In this document: in pieces, positions 10,857-24,192 of the stretch
How positions within the stretch are numbered: the first letter of the stretch is position 1
Layout: each line of letters starts with the position of its first letter
Assembly (NCBI GenBank): GCA_051313645.2
Contig: JBNRSN020000133.1
Span: forward strand, 558,001 to 622,000
Length of the DNA: 64,000 nucleotides
Direction: 5' to 3'
From: Centroscyllium fabricii
Lineage: Eukaryota
Made by a program: the position numbers and the translations under genes
Notes under the pieces: model-generated
Told to the model about the DNA's origin: nothing
The model's database searches: none
The model's input: only the letters and a program-made list of their open reading frames with translations

Positions 10857-11177
10857 CTGATGTTGATCTAATGTCTTTCCGCTGGTTAGTGCTGGTTGCC
10901 GAGTGGGACACTTGGCAGCTGTACACAGAACCGTTGGCCCATTCCTGCAGAGGGACTTGAAGGAAGCTGGTGGAGCTGAAGTCTCCGTTCGAATTTTTAA
11001 CTGGGGTTGAGGTAGTAAAGCCAGACGGTATGGCATTTCCATTCTTCTCCCAGCTCACTCCACTGCTTTCTGGCTGGTATTTGCTGATGAGGCAAACCAG
11101 TTGGACAAAACCATTTTCTCTCAGTTCGTCAGTTGCAGAGTAGATGAGACTGATGATTGGTGGAGTAGGCTGCCGTG
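10857..11177 (-). CDS. IgNAR: IgNAR C1 exon
   Basis: 321 nt, TAG acceptor and GTGAGC donor. ARQPTPPIISLIYSATDELRENGFVQLVCLIS...VYSCQVSHSATSTNQRKDIRSTS. Confidence 0.96.
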
Positions 11178-11643
11178 CTACAATTAGAAAAAAAGTCTCA
11201 CTGTCTCTATAATGACGATCGGACCATTGCCACCATGTGCTGCACAACGTATGTCCCTCAACTAACGTATAAACAGATGACCTGGTCATTATCACATAGC
11301 TGATTGTGGAAGCTTGTTGTGCGTAAATTGACTGTCGTGTTTCCTATATTATAGCAATTACTGCATTTCAGAAAGTTCCTCATTTCCTTTAAGACGGTTT
11401 GGGATGTCCTGAGGTCGGAAAGGCATGATAGAAATCCACGTCTTTCTTCGTTTATGTATTGAACTTATTGTCAGTGGCTAATTGTCCTTTTGTCTTACTT
11501 CACTTAACATCGCTGTGAAATTTGACACCACCTGAAATACTTTGAAAACTAGGGACCAGCTATTGATGCTGATGATATGATTGGCTCGCAGGCACTGGCT
11601 CAGAATTGTTTAACAGACATGGGATATATATATATAAGACAAT

Positions 11644-12479
11644 GGGCCAGGTTTTCGTCTGTGCAGGTTGGTGCGTGTGCTAGGACCCGGCGGACACCTA
11701 TCGCACGCACCAACATCGCACAGAAGTTGCTCCCTGACTTTCCCCCCCGTTCCTGCGCTGCGTGGCAGTCCAGCCACGCTATGTGCGCAGTGTATGCCCC
11801 GCCCACAGATCCCCATGTTTAAATAAAAAATGCCCCAGATCGCTAATTTAAATAAATAAATGCGCACAGATCCAGAGTCGGATCTTTTTAAGAGCAGGGA
11901 CGTGCAGAGCTGCACTCACAGACTCGGCGGGGAGCAGCGCGGGCACAGCAGCTTCTCAGAGGAAGAAACGCGAGGTAAGTCTCTGCCATTTTTTATCTTA
12001 GATTTTTTACCACAGCTAGATAGTTAAACATTTCAGAAATGTAACTTTAAAAGTTAGTATTTGAAACAGGTAAATTAACTTAAAATCAGATTAGAATTTT
12101 TTTTTTTACTTTAACTTAAAAATTTAATGCTACCGATCTGGCCACATTACTCCCAAAAACTGTAAAAAATTTAAATTAATGTAAAAAAATTAACTTACCT
12201 GCTTTAGTAACTAAATCTTGTCCCTCACGCACGAGTTTACTACTGTTTTTTCCGGGTGCAGCTTGTGGGCCAGTTGCCCACAGAATCACTCTCCAAAAAT
12301 TTCCCTTTTGGATTGCAAATTCTGGGTGCAACTCACTCCTGCGTTTAATGCTGAGGGCCCTTCTCCCTCATCATTGGAAATCTCCCTTCCGTGGGCATCC
12401 CCCGTGCGGTCATCGCACGGGCCATTTTGGACCCCTCTGTGCGTGTGCAGCTCCTCAGGAGCACAGGAAATTCTGGCCC
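11644..12479. mobile_element. Non-autonomous DNA transposon (MITE A, PIF/Harbinger-like)
   Basis: TIRs GGGCCAGGTTTTC and GAAATTCTGGCCC, 3-bp TSD AAT at 11641-11643 and 12480-12482, GC-rich ends and an AT-rich core. Confidence 0.75.
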
Positions 12480-12541
12480 AATATTATTAAAATTAACCGC
12501 ATCTGAAATGTCACCGATCTATTCACCTTCAACAATATATT

Positions 12542-13302
12542 GGCCCAAAAATACAGCCTCGGAGCCTTCCTGCGAGTGTAAGCCTCCAAGGTACACAAAT
12601 CCTGTGCTGCTGCCGTTCTGCAATTCTGGGATGTGCAATCCCAATTTGTGCAGCTGCTGCAGGCAGCAGGTGCTGCGCTGGTGTAACTCAACGTCGCAGT
12701 TATTGGGAGATATCGCGCGGGAGCACGTGATCTGCAGTGAGCCAATGAATGGAAGCAATCCTCCATTGATACCTTACGCAGATAAATCTGTGTAAGTTAT
12801 GAAAAGGATTAGCTTCAAAAACACATCTAAACACAAATTAAAAGTAGAACAACACCACATTTGTTAACCATACTCTAACTAACATAAATTACCTATTTTA
12901 AAGAAAAAAGAACAAATTGCAAAAAAAATTAAGCTATTAACTGGCTTAAAAATACTTACCTGTATTTAACGTTTAAACAAAGTAAAAACCTGTCAAAAAA
13001 ATACTTACATTTTATAAAACAAAACACTTACCTGATAAAAAGTGATCGTTACGGCTGATATTTTTCAGCGTAACTTTCCCGATACTTACACAGATAATAA
13101 ACTCTAAAAAAAATTGCAATTATACGGCGCACCTCCTGGTGCGCCCGTGAACGTGATGCAGCTCGCTGCATCTCGCGACATCCCGCTGGCCTTCATCAGA
13201 ATTGCAGGTAGCACCGGGAAACAGCATCTACCTGTAATTCGGAGCCCACACGCGTGAGAAAGTGACTCCAGAACGGACCGCGATCACCCTAATTTTTGGG
13301 CC
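12542..13302. mobile_element. Non-autonomous DNA transposon (MITE B, PIF/Harbinger-like)
   Basis: Perfect 11-bp TIR GGCCCAAAAAT, 3-bp TSD ATT at 12539-12541 and 13303-13305. Confidence 0.8.
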
Positions 13303-13825
13303 ATTATTGCATTACAAGTTGTCTTGTTCTATTACAGAAAAGGACAGAGTCCAAGGCCAGAGCCTGAAAAGGGTTATTCCCAAGTTGCGTTTCCACTTTC
13401 CCAGTGACTCTGTGTTTAACACACTACAATTTACTGTTGCTTTGTGGCTGTGCTGTATTGAAGCTGGGAGGTAATATGTCAAAATTACAATGGGCGTGTT
13501 GGGATAAAAAGGTTCTGGTAATAAATGAACATGCAAATAATGTTCTGATCACTTTTTAATTTCGGACTGAAGGATGATCAATGCACTCATGGTGTGACGT
13601 GCTCTGTTGGTCAGATGTGAAATGTATATCGATTATTGTTACCAATAACCTATTTTAATGTTCCTGCTTATGGAGATGTTTCACTTCGGAGCTCAGAGAT
13701 CAGAGACAGCAGTAAGGCTTTGGTAATATTAGTTGATGGATCGATAGCATTTACAGCACAGAAGTTTTCATTCAGCCCAGGGCGCCACTGCCGGCTCTGT
13801 GAAAGAGCCAAGGTCAATCCACACA

Positions 13826-14221
13826 GGGCGGCACGGTGGCACAGTGGTTAGCATTGTTGTCTCACAGCACTGGAGACCCGGGTTCAAATCCGGCCTCGGG
13901 TACTATCTGTGTGGAGTTTGCACATTCTCCCAGTGTCTGCGTGGGTTACCTCCGGGTGCTCCAGTTTCCTCCCACAGTCCAATGATGTGCGGGTTAGGTT
14001 GATTGGCCACGATAAATTGACCCTTAGTGCTAGGGAGATTTAATATATGGGGACAGGGTGGGATATGTGTCGGTGCAGGCTCGATAGGGATTTGGGGAAA
14101 GGGCAGGGGCGGGGTACTGGGTTTGGATGATCAGCCGTGATCTCATTGAATGGTGGAGCAGGCTCGAAGGGCCGAATGGCCTACTCCAGCTCCTATCTTC
14201 TATGTTTCTATGTTTCTATGA
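13826..14221 (+). mobile_element. Full-length HE1-like V-SINE
   Basis: gggcggcacggtggcacagtggttagc head, V-domain, CR1 tail ending in (tttctatg)n. Confidence 0.9.
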
Positions 14222-14680
14222 ATAAAAGCCCCGTTGCGCCTCTTGTGGCGGACGCTGGGAGCGCACATGGAGCATTTGCCGATTCCCGGCCTGTATCTAT
14301 TCAACATGGTGATTGGAGAACCAGGGCTGCTATTGTGCAGTTCCCGTTAAGGAGCGGCGTAACAGATAATTATCCCTCAGCCCTATTTCCATGTGCTTTC
14401 CCCCATATTGCGATTTTCAAATATGTATTTACCTCCTTTATAAAATATTGTGCGAATTCGTTTTCTGGTAGGGCGTCCCATGTCCTCGCAGCCCTCTATA
14501 AAATAAAATAACTCTCCTTATCACTCTCTTCTTTCTTTGGCTGATGATTTTTGAAACTATACCCTTTAGTTACCGACCAATGCAAGTAGTTTATTTCCAT
14601 TTAGCTTATCAAAAGGCTTCAGAAGTTTACTGCCTCACAGTTTGTTCTCGTGAAAAACCTCGAGTTTCAATTTATTCCTT

Positions 14681-15368
14681 CAGCACCGACCCCATAATCC
14701 ATAGCCCGCACCGACCCCATAGTCCATGGCCAGCACCGACCCCATAATCTTCCATGGCCAGCACCGACCCCATACTCCATGGCCCGCACCGACCCATACA
14801 CCAAGACCAGCACCGACCCCATACTCCTCCATGGCCAGCACCGACCCCATACTCCTCCATGGCCAGCAGCGACGCCACACCCCTCCATGGCCAGCAGCGA
14901 CCCCATACTCCATGGCCAGCACCGACCCCATACTCCATGGTCAGCACCGACCCCATACTCCTCCATGGCCAGCAGCGACCCCACACTCCATGGCCAGCAC
15001 CGACCCCATAGTCCATGGCCAGCACCGACCCCATACTCATCCATGGCCAGCACCGACCCCATACTTCTCCATGGCCAGCACCGACCCCATACTACTCCAT
15101 GGCCAGCACCGACCCCATACTCCTCCATGGCCAGATCCGACCCCATACTCCTCCATGGTCAGCACCGACCCCATACTCCATGGCCAGCACCGACCCCACA
15201 CTCCATGGCCAGCACCGACGCCATACTCCATGGCCAGCACCGTCCTCATACTCCTCCATTGCCAGCATCGACCCCACACTCCATGGCCAGCAGCGACACA
15301 AAAATCCATGGCCAGCAGCGAGCCCATACTCCATGGCTAGCACGGACCCCACTACTGGTCCATGGCCA
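14681..15368. repeat. 28-31 bp minisatellite (~23 copies) in the J-C intron
   Basis: Sense-strand unit GGAG(GAG)TATGGGGTCGGTGCTGGCCAT. Confidence 0.95.
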
Positions 15369-16119
15369 CTGTCTCAGGCTGGACCAGACTGTTTGCTACC
15401 TCCACGTCCAACTTCAATCTGAGCTAAGCTTTAGACTCCACATGCTCACCATCATTAGTGCTCCTCTTGCTTCCTCTGTTACATTGCAGGATTCTGCCCC
15501 TGATTCAGCAATTCTGCTGCTGAAACGCTCATCCGAGCCCTGGTCACATCTGAGCTTGAATATTCCAATGTGCACCTGGATGGTCTCCCACCATTCACCC
15601 TTCGTAAACCTGAGCTGATCCCAAGCTGTGCTCTCTGTAAACTACCTTGCATCAAGCACTCTCTGAACTACATTGGCATCGAATCCTTGTGGTGGTATCT
15701 GTCAGATCTTCCAGCCCTAACTCCCTGAGAGATCTCTGCGCTCCTCTAATGGTGGCCTCTTGCGCAATACCGATTTCCATTTCTTCAACATTGGCGCCAT
15801 TCCTCGGGCCAAATCTCTGGATTTCTTTCAAGAAACCTCTACATCGCTCTTCTCTCTATCCTCATTTAAGAAGCTCCTGAAAACCTAGCACTTTCCCAAG
15901 CTTTCTGTCACCTGTCCTAATATCCACTTATGTGTCTTGGTCTCACATTTTCTATAGAAAGCCTCCAGTGAAGCACCTTGGGACGTTTTCCTGCGTTAAA
16001 GGCGCTATATAAATGCAAGTTTGCTGCTGTTGTTATGTTCTTCATATAACTAAAACTGCTCATCGGAGGCATTATCTCGGCGAATAGCTGCTGCAAATTG
16101 TCCATTGCTTTGACATCCT

Positions 16120-16960
16120 TCCAAAAGTAAGGGACAACAACGGGAGAGAACCTTACACTTTAGGCCTAAACAATGATTTTTAAATGTAAGATTCTATCAT
16201 TTCTCTTTAGCATTGGCTAACGCTGCTGAGAAAACCGAGAATCCGGTATGTTGATTTAACAACCTTCCACTTTGAAACATCTGTCTGTCTGAACCCCTGT
16301 GTCTCTATTCGTCTTCTCATTTTAAAGCGTTACAACTTAATGAATATATTATCTCATTCTTGCTCCCAACATATAGCACATTATATTCTCCATATTGCAT
16401 GTCATCTGACATCTACCTGCCCAATCTAGTAAACTGTCTGGGAGCTGCTGAATTCCGTTTCAAATTATGATACTGAGGCTCCTGTACTCGAATCCTATTA
16501 TATATATTTCGAATATTGACACTATAGGAACTTACGAGCTTACTTTCCTCCATTCCGACAAAAAACTATTGATGTTATTTTTGCACTTTTCAGTTGACAT
16601 ATACTCAATATCCGTTTGAAGGATAGAGTTCCAGATTTCAGCTTGAGATTTGTGAAGGAGTGCTACTGGAATTCATCGCTGAAATCTCCAGCTCCAATGT
16701 TAAGGTTATGTTCCCTTGTTCTTGACACTCCCAGGAAATATTTTCTCTATCCACACTATTAAATCCTTTAATCATGTTAGTCAACTCTGTTAATTCACCC
16801 GTTAATATTTTGTATTTAGGAGAGTAGAAGCCTAGCCTGTGTGACCAGTCCACATAATTTAACACTTTTAGCCCTGGTTTAATTCTAGTGAATCTGCACT
16901 GCACCACCTTCAAAGTCTAATTTCTACTTCCTGAAGTGTGGTGCACAGAACTGAAATGGA
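16120..16960 (-). mobile_element. Old CR1 LINE fragment
   Basis: KVVQCRFTRIKPGLK-like CR1 ORF2 C-terminal relic. Confidence 0.65.
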
Positions 16961-17839
16961 AATGTGCAGTGTTCTTCGAAGAACTCTACATATCTGTCAG
17001 GGAGAACTTGCCTTTTACAGACGCATGATCATTTTCTTTAATTAAAGGAAGTCTCTGTTAGTGAATGTTAATTTCTGACTGTAGAAAATTACCCACTATG
17101 TCGATTGGCTGACTGCCCCACAGTTCTACTGCTCTCACTTCTTGAACAAAGATAATATATCAGTCCTCTGAAACACGTTTCATACCAAGCATGTTTGAAG
17201 GTTTGTGGTCAGAGCATCAAATACTTGCTACATGTCAATTCTCAACATTCTAGGATACAGGCCATCTTTTGACTTTATCATTGTTTTCAGCACGCGTTCT
17301 TTAAATATAGTTATCATACTGAGCTGCTCCGCATACTTCCCGTGTATCTTTCAAATCACAATAACGCATTTTGTTGCAAAAATCGAGCCAAGTCGTTGGT
17401 TAGTATCTCCTTCATTCATTCATCTTCATTTTTAACCTAATCATATCTTTTGATTTCTCACGTGGCACCTTTTAACTTTCCTCTTAGTTTTTCAGCTTAT
17501 CGAAGTGAGTTCACAATAATAACCTCCATAACCTTCCACAAGTTGCAAATGACCTCATCATCATTTCAGGAAACTCTATGCAATAATAGTGGTTCGATTG
17601 TTGGTGTCCTCACATGCAACATTCGGCCATCGCAAGCTTGGTTTGGTCCTATTGAAGAAGTGGTTTAATTCACATAGAACGACATGAGAATGATGCAATG
17701 TGTGTATATTGCAGCAAGAGCGTTAAGAATAAACCAAGAGGGAGAGCCGTGACTGTGATAAACAAAGCGCCTTTTAAATTGCGGATCAGTGATAAGTAAG
17801 ACATCGCAGGGAGATCTCTTCTTGCAAAGATATTAGTGA

Positions 17840-19047
17840 GACGACACCTGGAATACCACATATAGATTTGGTCTCCATATTTTCTCTCGAGGTAGTACAG
17901 AGAAGGTTCACTCGGTTAATTCCGAGGATCAGGGGATTGATATATGAGGAGAGTTTGTGTAGATTGGGCCTCTACTCATTGGAGTTCAGAAGAATGAGAT
18001 GCGAACTTTTTGGAACAAAAAAATTGTGAGGGGGCTTGATCGGGTGGATGTGGTGAGGATGTTTCCAATGATGGGGAGATTAGAACTAGGGGGCATAATC
18101 TGAGTTTAAGGGGCTGCCCTTTCAAAACTGAGATGAGTAGAAAGTTCTTCACTCTGATTGTGGTAAATCTGTGGAATTGTCTACCCCAGAGAGCTGTGGA
18201 ATCGACATCATTACATAATTTTAAAGCAGCGATCGACAGTTTCCTAGAAGTAAAGCGAATTAGGGGTTCCAGTGAGCGGTCAGGGAATGGGCATGAGTCT
18301 AGGTTCGGATGGCCCATAGTCCTGTGGGTGGCGGAGCGGGCCCAGGGGCCGTGTGGCCTGGTCCAGCTCAAATTTCTTGTGTTCTAATTCTATGTTAGAT
18401 GTCAGGAGATGGTACTTTTCACAGTGAGTAGTGGTGACCTCGGGAACAGGCTGCCAGCTGGGGCAGTGCATGATGATTCGCTGGACTCCTTCAAGAGTAA
18501 ATCGAGCCAACACCTGGCTGTGGTGGAGATCACAACTTACAGTAGGCAGGTTCTGCAGGAAATTCAGGGCCAAAATTATCTCCTGGAAATTTTTGATCGT
18601 CTAAATGTGTCGGAGAGGAATGTTTGCAGATTCCCACCCCCAAATTTGCCGTGGTTTTACCTGGTTTTTCGCCTCTCCCGGGGGATCTCATGGTTTCGGA
18701 TTCGATTGAGCATGAAAGTAGAGTTGAGGCTAAAATCAGATCCGCTATGATCTTATTGAATGGCGGAGCAGGTTCGAGGGGACGATTGTCCGACTGCTGT
18801 TCCTATTTCTTATGTTCTTAAATGCGGTAAGCGTTAGAAAATTGCACGTTATTAATCTAATGCCACATGGGGATAGGGTGGGGTATGTGTTGATGTAGGC
18901 TCGATAGGGATCGGGGGATATGGGGAGAGGGCAGGGGCGGGATAGTGGGTTTGGATGATCAGCCATGATCTCATTGAATGGCGGAGCAGGCTCGAAGGGC
19001 CGAATGGCCTACTCCTGCTCCTAGTTTCTATGTTTCTATGTTTCTAT
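17840..19047 (+). mobile_element. CR1 3' fragment with long 3' UTR plus SINE/CR1 tails
   Basis: HLEY...VQRRFTRLIP-like and FFTLIVVNLWNCLPQRAVE motifs. Tails end near 18820 and 19047. Confidence 0.75.
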
Positions 19048-20369
19048 GAGAAGGGCTCAGTGAATACACCAGGGACAATTTGCAGACAAGGCTCCATATA
19101 CAAATATATTTATTTTGGTAATCAGTGATTGTTTCCTCTCACTATATATGAGACAGGCTACCAAAACATATAGTATATGTTAGCTTTACCTTTAATATTT
19201 TTCCCCGTTGCAAACTCTGTTCCAAGACCACTAATTCTATGCGCCTCCCTGGCCACGGTCTCACACACAAGCAAACGATTTGCAGCCTCTGCGTGTGCAT
19301 TATAATGGAGCCTAGTATACCTTCACCCCATATATTTCCATCGCAATGACTGTCTTCATCAACCTGTGTAACATCACCTGCCAGCAATCCTACTTCAACC
19401 CCCCAGAACCGGAACCCTCTGACATTCCTTCCTCACCTTTGGTTGCTGCAATGCTCGACCTTCCATCATTACATCTCCCGCCATGCAGAAACACCAGTTT
19501 ATCCAAATCACTGCTACCACTGTCCCATCTGCTCCAGTTCCAATTGACCACCAGCCCAGTCCGCGCTGATCTGTATTGCGTCCGAATGCCTCAAGTTTAT
19601 ATTTCGTGTGCTTGTCTTCACATATCGCCTTCTGTAACCTGCTGTAGACCTGAACGCCCAGCCTGAAGTTAAGTTAACGGCTCGTGGCAAGTCGTTCCTG
19701 CTGACTTGAGGAACTGGTTTGAAACTGGAACCTTGCTTGAATAAATATTGTTGTGTTGGAGATTTCTCTCAATTTTGAGGCCAAGGAACAATAATGCATG
19801 TCTAAAGCCAGTGTACAGAAAACCCATTCTGAAGCTATCGGTACCGTTACAGTGAAAATAAATTGTGAAACTTTGCTCAAAGCTGGATCAACGAGAAAGA
19901 TGGAATGTGCTTAAGGATGTTGCAGGTAATGAAGAAATTAAGTTTTGGGCATGATTTGCCATTCTGCATTTCCAGCAGAGATGAGGATCACATATTTGAA
20001 AATTTTTCAATCCTTGCCCTATATGAATATTAAATTAGAACTGATGAAGTTTTACAAATAGCTGAGTGAAGACAACGAAACAACTCTTTAAAACAATGAC
20101 AGAGGAAGTAATGAAATAGCAATCTGGAAGTAAACAAGTCATGAAACTGGACAACGACTATAAATACAGGTACTAATTCCCCAATCATTGGGCAATTTGG
20201 AAGATTATATAACATTATTACCCTATGGTAGTGGGAATGTGAATATCATTGACAGAGAAATTAATAGCATTGCTTCGCTCGTTTTGTACAGTCAGAGGAG
20301 GCGGTGAAGGAAATTAGCTCTAAAATCACCGTTGCCCACCTCATGGAGCCAGGTTTATACAAATATAAA

Positions 20370-21962
20370 AGAAAGGAGCAGGAGTAGGCCATTCGGCCCA
20401 TCGAGATTGCTCCGCCATTTAATGAGATCATGGCGCATCATCCAAATTTAGCATCGTGTCCTTGCTTTCTCCCCATATCCCTTGATCCCTTTAGCCTTAC
20501 GAAATATATCTAAGTCCTTCTTGAATATATTTAATGAATTGGCCTCAACGGCCTTCTGTGACAGAGATTTCCGCAGGTTCACCACTCTCTGGGTGACGGA
20601 ATTCCTTCTCACCTCAGTCCTAAATGGCTTACACCTTATCCTTAGACTGTGACCCCTGGTTGTGGACTCCCCGGCAATCGGGAACATCCTTCCTCTAGTC
20701 AGTCTATTCCTGTTAGAATCTTACATGTCAATGAAATCCCCACACATTCTTCAAAACTCTAGCGAATATAAGCCTGATCGTCCCAATCTCTCCTCATACA
20801 TAATTCCGCCTTACCCAGGTATCAGTCTGGTGAGTCTTCGCTGCAATCCCTCCATGGCAAGAAAATACGTCCTCAGAGAAAGTGACCAAAAGCTGCGCAT
20901 AATATAGAAGGTGTGTTCTCCCCAAGGCCCTATACAACTGCAGCAAGTCAACTTTGCTCATTTACTCGAATCCTCTAGTTATGATGGCCAACAAAACATT
21001 TCCCTTCTTAACCGCCTGCTGTAGCTGCATGCTTACCTTCTGCGACTGGTGCACACGGACACACAAGTTTCGCTGTATCTCCCGTTCTCCCAATCTATTG
21101 CCGTTCAGGTAATAACCTGTCTTCCTGCTTTTGCCAACATTTCGCATTTATCCACAGTATAATGCATCTGCCATGCATCTGCCCCAACCACCCATCCTGT
21201 CCAAATCATACTGGAAGTTATCGACATCCTCCTCACAGCATAGACGCTGACCGAGCTTGGTGTCGGCTGCAAACTTGGAGACATAACATCTAGTTACATA
21301 TATTATATATATATATATTGTAAATAGCTGGTGTCCTAGCACTCATCTCTGAGGTACCCCACTAGTCAATGCCTGCCACTCAGAAAAAAACCGTTTATTC
21401 CAACTCTTTCCTTGTCTGCCAACCAGCTCTCTAACCAAGACAATACCGTAACCCCAATCCTGTGTGCTTTAACTTTGCACGCTAGTCTCTTACGTGAAAC
21501 CTTATCGAAAGCATTCTGAAAGTCCAAATACACCAGATCCACTGTTTCTCCCTTAACCTTTCTAACAGTTAGAATCATAGAATCACAGAATCCCGACAGT
21601 GCAGAGAGAGGCCATTTCGGCCCATCGAGCCTGCACCGACACATATCCCACCCTATTCCCGTAACCCCACATGTATAATCCCCCTAACACTAAGGGTCAA
21701 TTTATCATGGCCAATCAACCTAACCTGCACATCTTTGGACTGTTACATCCGCAAAAATTTCCAGTAGATTACATTCTGTAAATCCATGTTGACAATGTAC
21801 GATTCTGTCACTATTTTCCAAGTACTCTGCAATTACGTATTTTATAATGGACTCTAGAATTTCACCAACTACCAATGTCAGGCTTACCGGTCGAAACTAC
21901 CTATTTTTCTCTCTAGCACCTTTTTTAAACAGTGGGGTGACATTAGCCATACTCCAACCCAT
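20370..21962 (-). mobile_element. CR1 LINE fragment with nested SINE 3' piece (~21571-21742)
   Basis: VDLVYLDFQNAFDKVS, SKFAADTKLG and FTQRVVNL-like motifs. Confidence 0.85.
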
Positions 21963-22435
21963 GGCAACTGGGCGCTCGACTCAACTTAACAACTGCCTCT
22001 CATCAGTTTACTTTTCAACTAGATGGGTGAACCCATTTTAAATACACCAGTTATGTTCTGGGCTAATGTAGCGGATTGAGTAAAGTGGCTGGCTCTGTCA
22101 TGTTACACGGCAAAGGTGCTTGTTTTAGCGCTGTTAAAACTGGGGTGACCCAGTGTTTTTGGGAGGGAATTCCAGGGTGGAACAATCCCCATGGAGCTTT
22201 GTAAATGAACCAATCGGCCTTCCTCACCAAGCACATCCTCGCCTTCTTAGAACGTGTTTAATTTTTGTTCAGTGACGTGTTCTGTCTCTGCGAGGAAACC
22301 CTGAACCTGAGCAATGTTTCTCTCCTATCTGTAACCCACCGCCCATTGAAAGACATTGTTCTCCTCATGTTACTGACTGCCACAGTTTGGGGGTTTAACA
22401 TCAGACATGCTTTCAGGACAGGGGCCACTCTGAAG

Positions 22436-23241
22436 GCACTAAGAAGGCCAATGGAATGTTGGCTTTCATTGCTAGGGGGATAGAATATAAAATATAGGGA
22501 GGTATGGCTTCAGTTGTACAAGGTATTGGTGAGACCGCACCTGGAATACTGCATACAGTTTTGGTGTCCATACTTAAGAAAGGACATACTCGCTCTCGAG
22601 TCAGTACAAAGAATGTTCACTCGGTTAATCCCAGGGATGAGTGGTTGGACATATGAGGAGAGGTTGAGTAGATTGGGGACTCTATTCATTGGAGTTCAGA
22701 AGAATGAGTGGAGGTCTTATTGAAACATATAAGATTGTGAAAGGGTATGATCGGGTGGATGCGGGGAGGATGTTCATATTGATGGGTGAAACTAGAACTA
22801 GGGGGCATAAACTTAGAATAAGGGGCTGCTCTTTCAAAACTCAGATGAAGAGAAACTGCTTCACTTAGAGGGTAGTAGGTCCATGGAACATGTTGCCCCA
22901 AAAAGCTGTAGAAGCTACATCATTACATAAATTTAAAACAGAAATAGACAGTATCCTAGTAGTAAAAGGGATTAAGGGTTACGGGGAGCGGGCAGGAATT
23001 TGGAAATTAGTCTAGGTTCAGATCGGTCATGGCCCTATGCGTAGTGGAGCGGGTCAGGAACCCTATAACCTGCTCCTGCTCCTATTTCCTGTGTCGAATT
23101 CTGTTAGATGCAGGAGATGCTTCTGTGATAGTAGGTTGGTTGTTAGGATCAGATCAGCCATGATCTTATTGAATGGCGGAGCAGGCTCGAAGGTCCAATT
23201 GGCCTACTCCTGCTCCTATTCCTTATGTTCTTATGTTCTTA
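22436..23241 (+). mobile_element. CR1 LINE 3' fragment
   Basis: YKVLVRPHLEYCIQFWCPYLRKDILALESVQRMFTRLIPG. Closely related to the copy at ~55160-55943. Confidence 0.9.
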
Positions 23242-23744
23242 TCAGCTGGTCAGTCGTCCTGTAATATTCCCGGTGTACCTTCTCCTGCCGGGCGAGTGTG
23301 GAGCAGCTTCACCTGACCTGGAATTGCTTGGTGGGATGGTGCAGATAGAGTTTCCACCTTATTTGGATTTTGACTACATATATTTTATCAGATTCTGTGT
23401 CCGATTGATACCCATGTATGTGGAACCCACTTCCATCCTCTTTGCCGAATGTTAACTGGTCCACTCAACAGGCACGCGATAGCCAGACCACGGGATGGCA
23501 ACAACAACATCCTGACTCTGCACATCAACTTTGGGATTCTCCTCTCCTCGAAACGCTGATTGAATTTACAGGCTATCAAACCCAGACTCAGGCTTTCAAT
23601 AAACTGTTTGCTTCTTCAACTACAATAAGCAAACGGACCGTAAATAGTATAAACAATGATTCAGAGCATCAATATTCTCCTCGAAGCATTAAATAACAAA
23701 GATACCGCTAACTTTATTTCTGTACATAGACAGTACATATAAAT

Positions 23745-24192
23745 ACTGTATTTATATAGTGCCTTTCACGAACACTGGTCGTACCAAAGTGCTTCACAGC
23801 CAATGAAGTACTTTTAGAGTGCAGCAACTGTTGTAAACTAGCGAACGCAGCAAAAATTGCGCACAGCAAGCTCCCACAAACAGCAACGTGAAAAAGACCA
23901 GATAATCTGTTTTTGTGATGTTGATGTAGGGATAAATCTTGGCCAGGACAGCGGGGTTAACTCCCCTAATCTTCTCTCGAAATAGTGCCATGGGATCTAA
24001 TAACATCTACCTGAGAGAAGACGGGGCCTCGGTTTTAACATTGCATCCAAAAGACGGCACCTCTAACACAGCAGAGCTCCCTCAGCAATACACTGGAGGG
24101 TCAGCCTGGATTTATTCAGATCAAATCTCAGGAATGGGACTTGAACTAACAATCTCCTGACTCAAAGGCTACACACTGAGCCACAGCTGACA
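23745..24192 (-). mobile_element. DeuSINE (SacSINE1/AmnSINE1-like), near full length
   Basis: tRNA-like head near 24190, Deu-domain-like GAGGTGCCGTCTTTTGGATG...AAACCGAGGCCCCGTCT, L2-type tail. Partial relatives at ~11280-11450, 35740-36030 and 57780-58070. Confidence 0.7.

Noticed and set aside
12952-12962. ATACTTACCTG, identical to the U1 snRNA 5' end
   Set aside because: The following sequence is not U1. It is the complement of a splice-donor consensus inside a MITE.
13826-13900. tRNA gene-like sequence (also at 4601 and 50762)
   Set aside because: These are tRNA-derived SINE heads continuing into V-domain and LINE tail.
14667-15618. Many overlapping ORFs; superficially CRISPR-like periodicity
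   Set aside because: Simple tandem repeat without unique spacers, in eukaryotic DNA with no cas genes.
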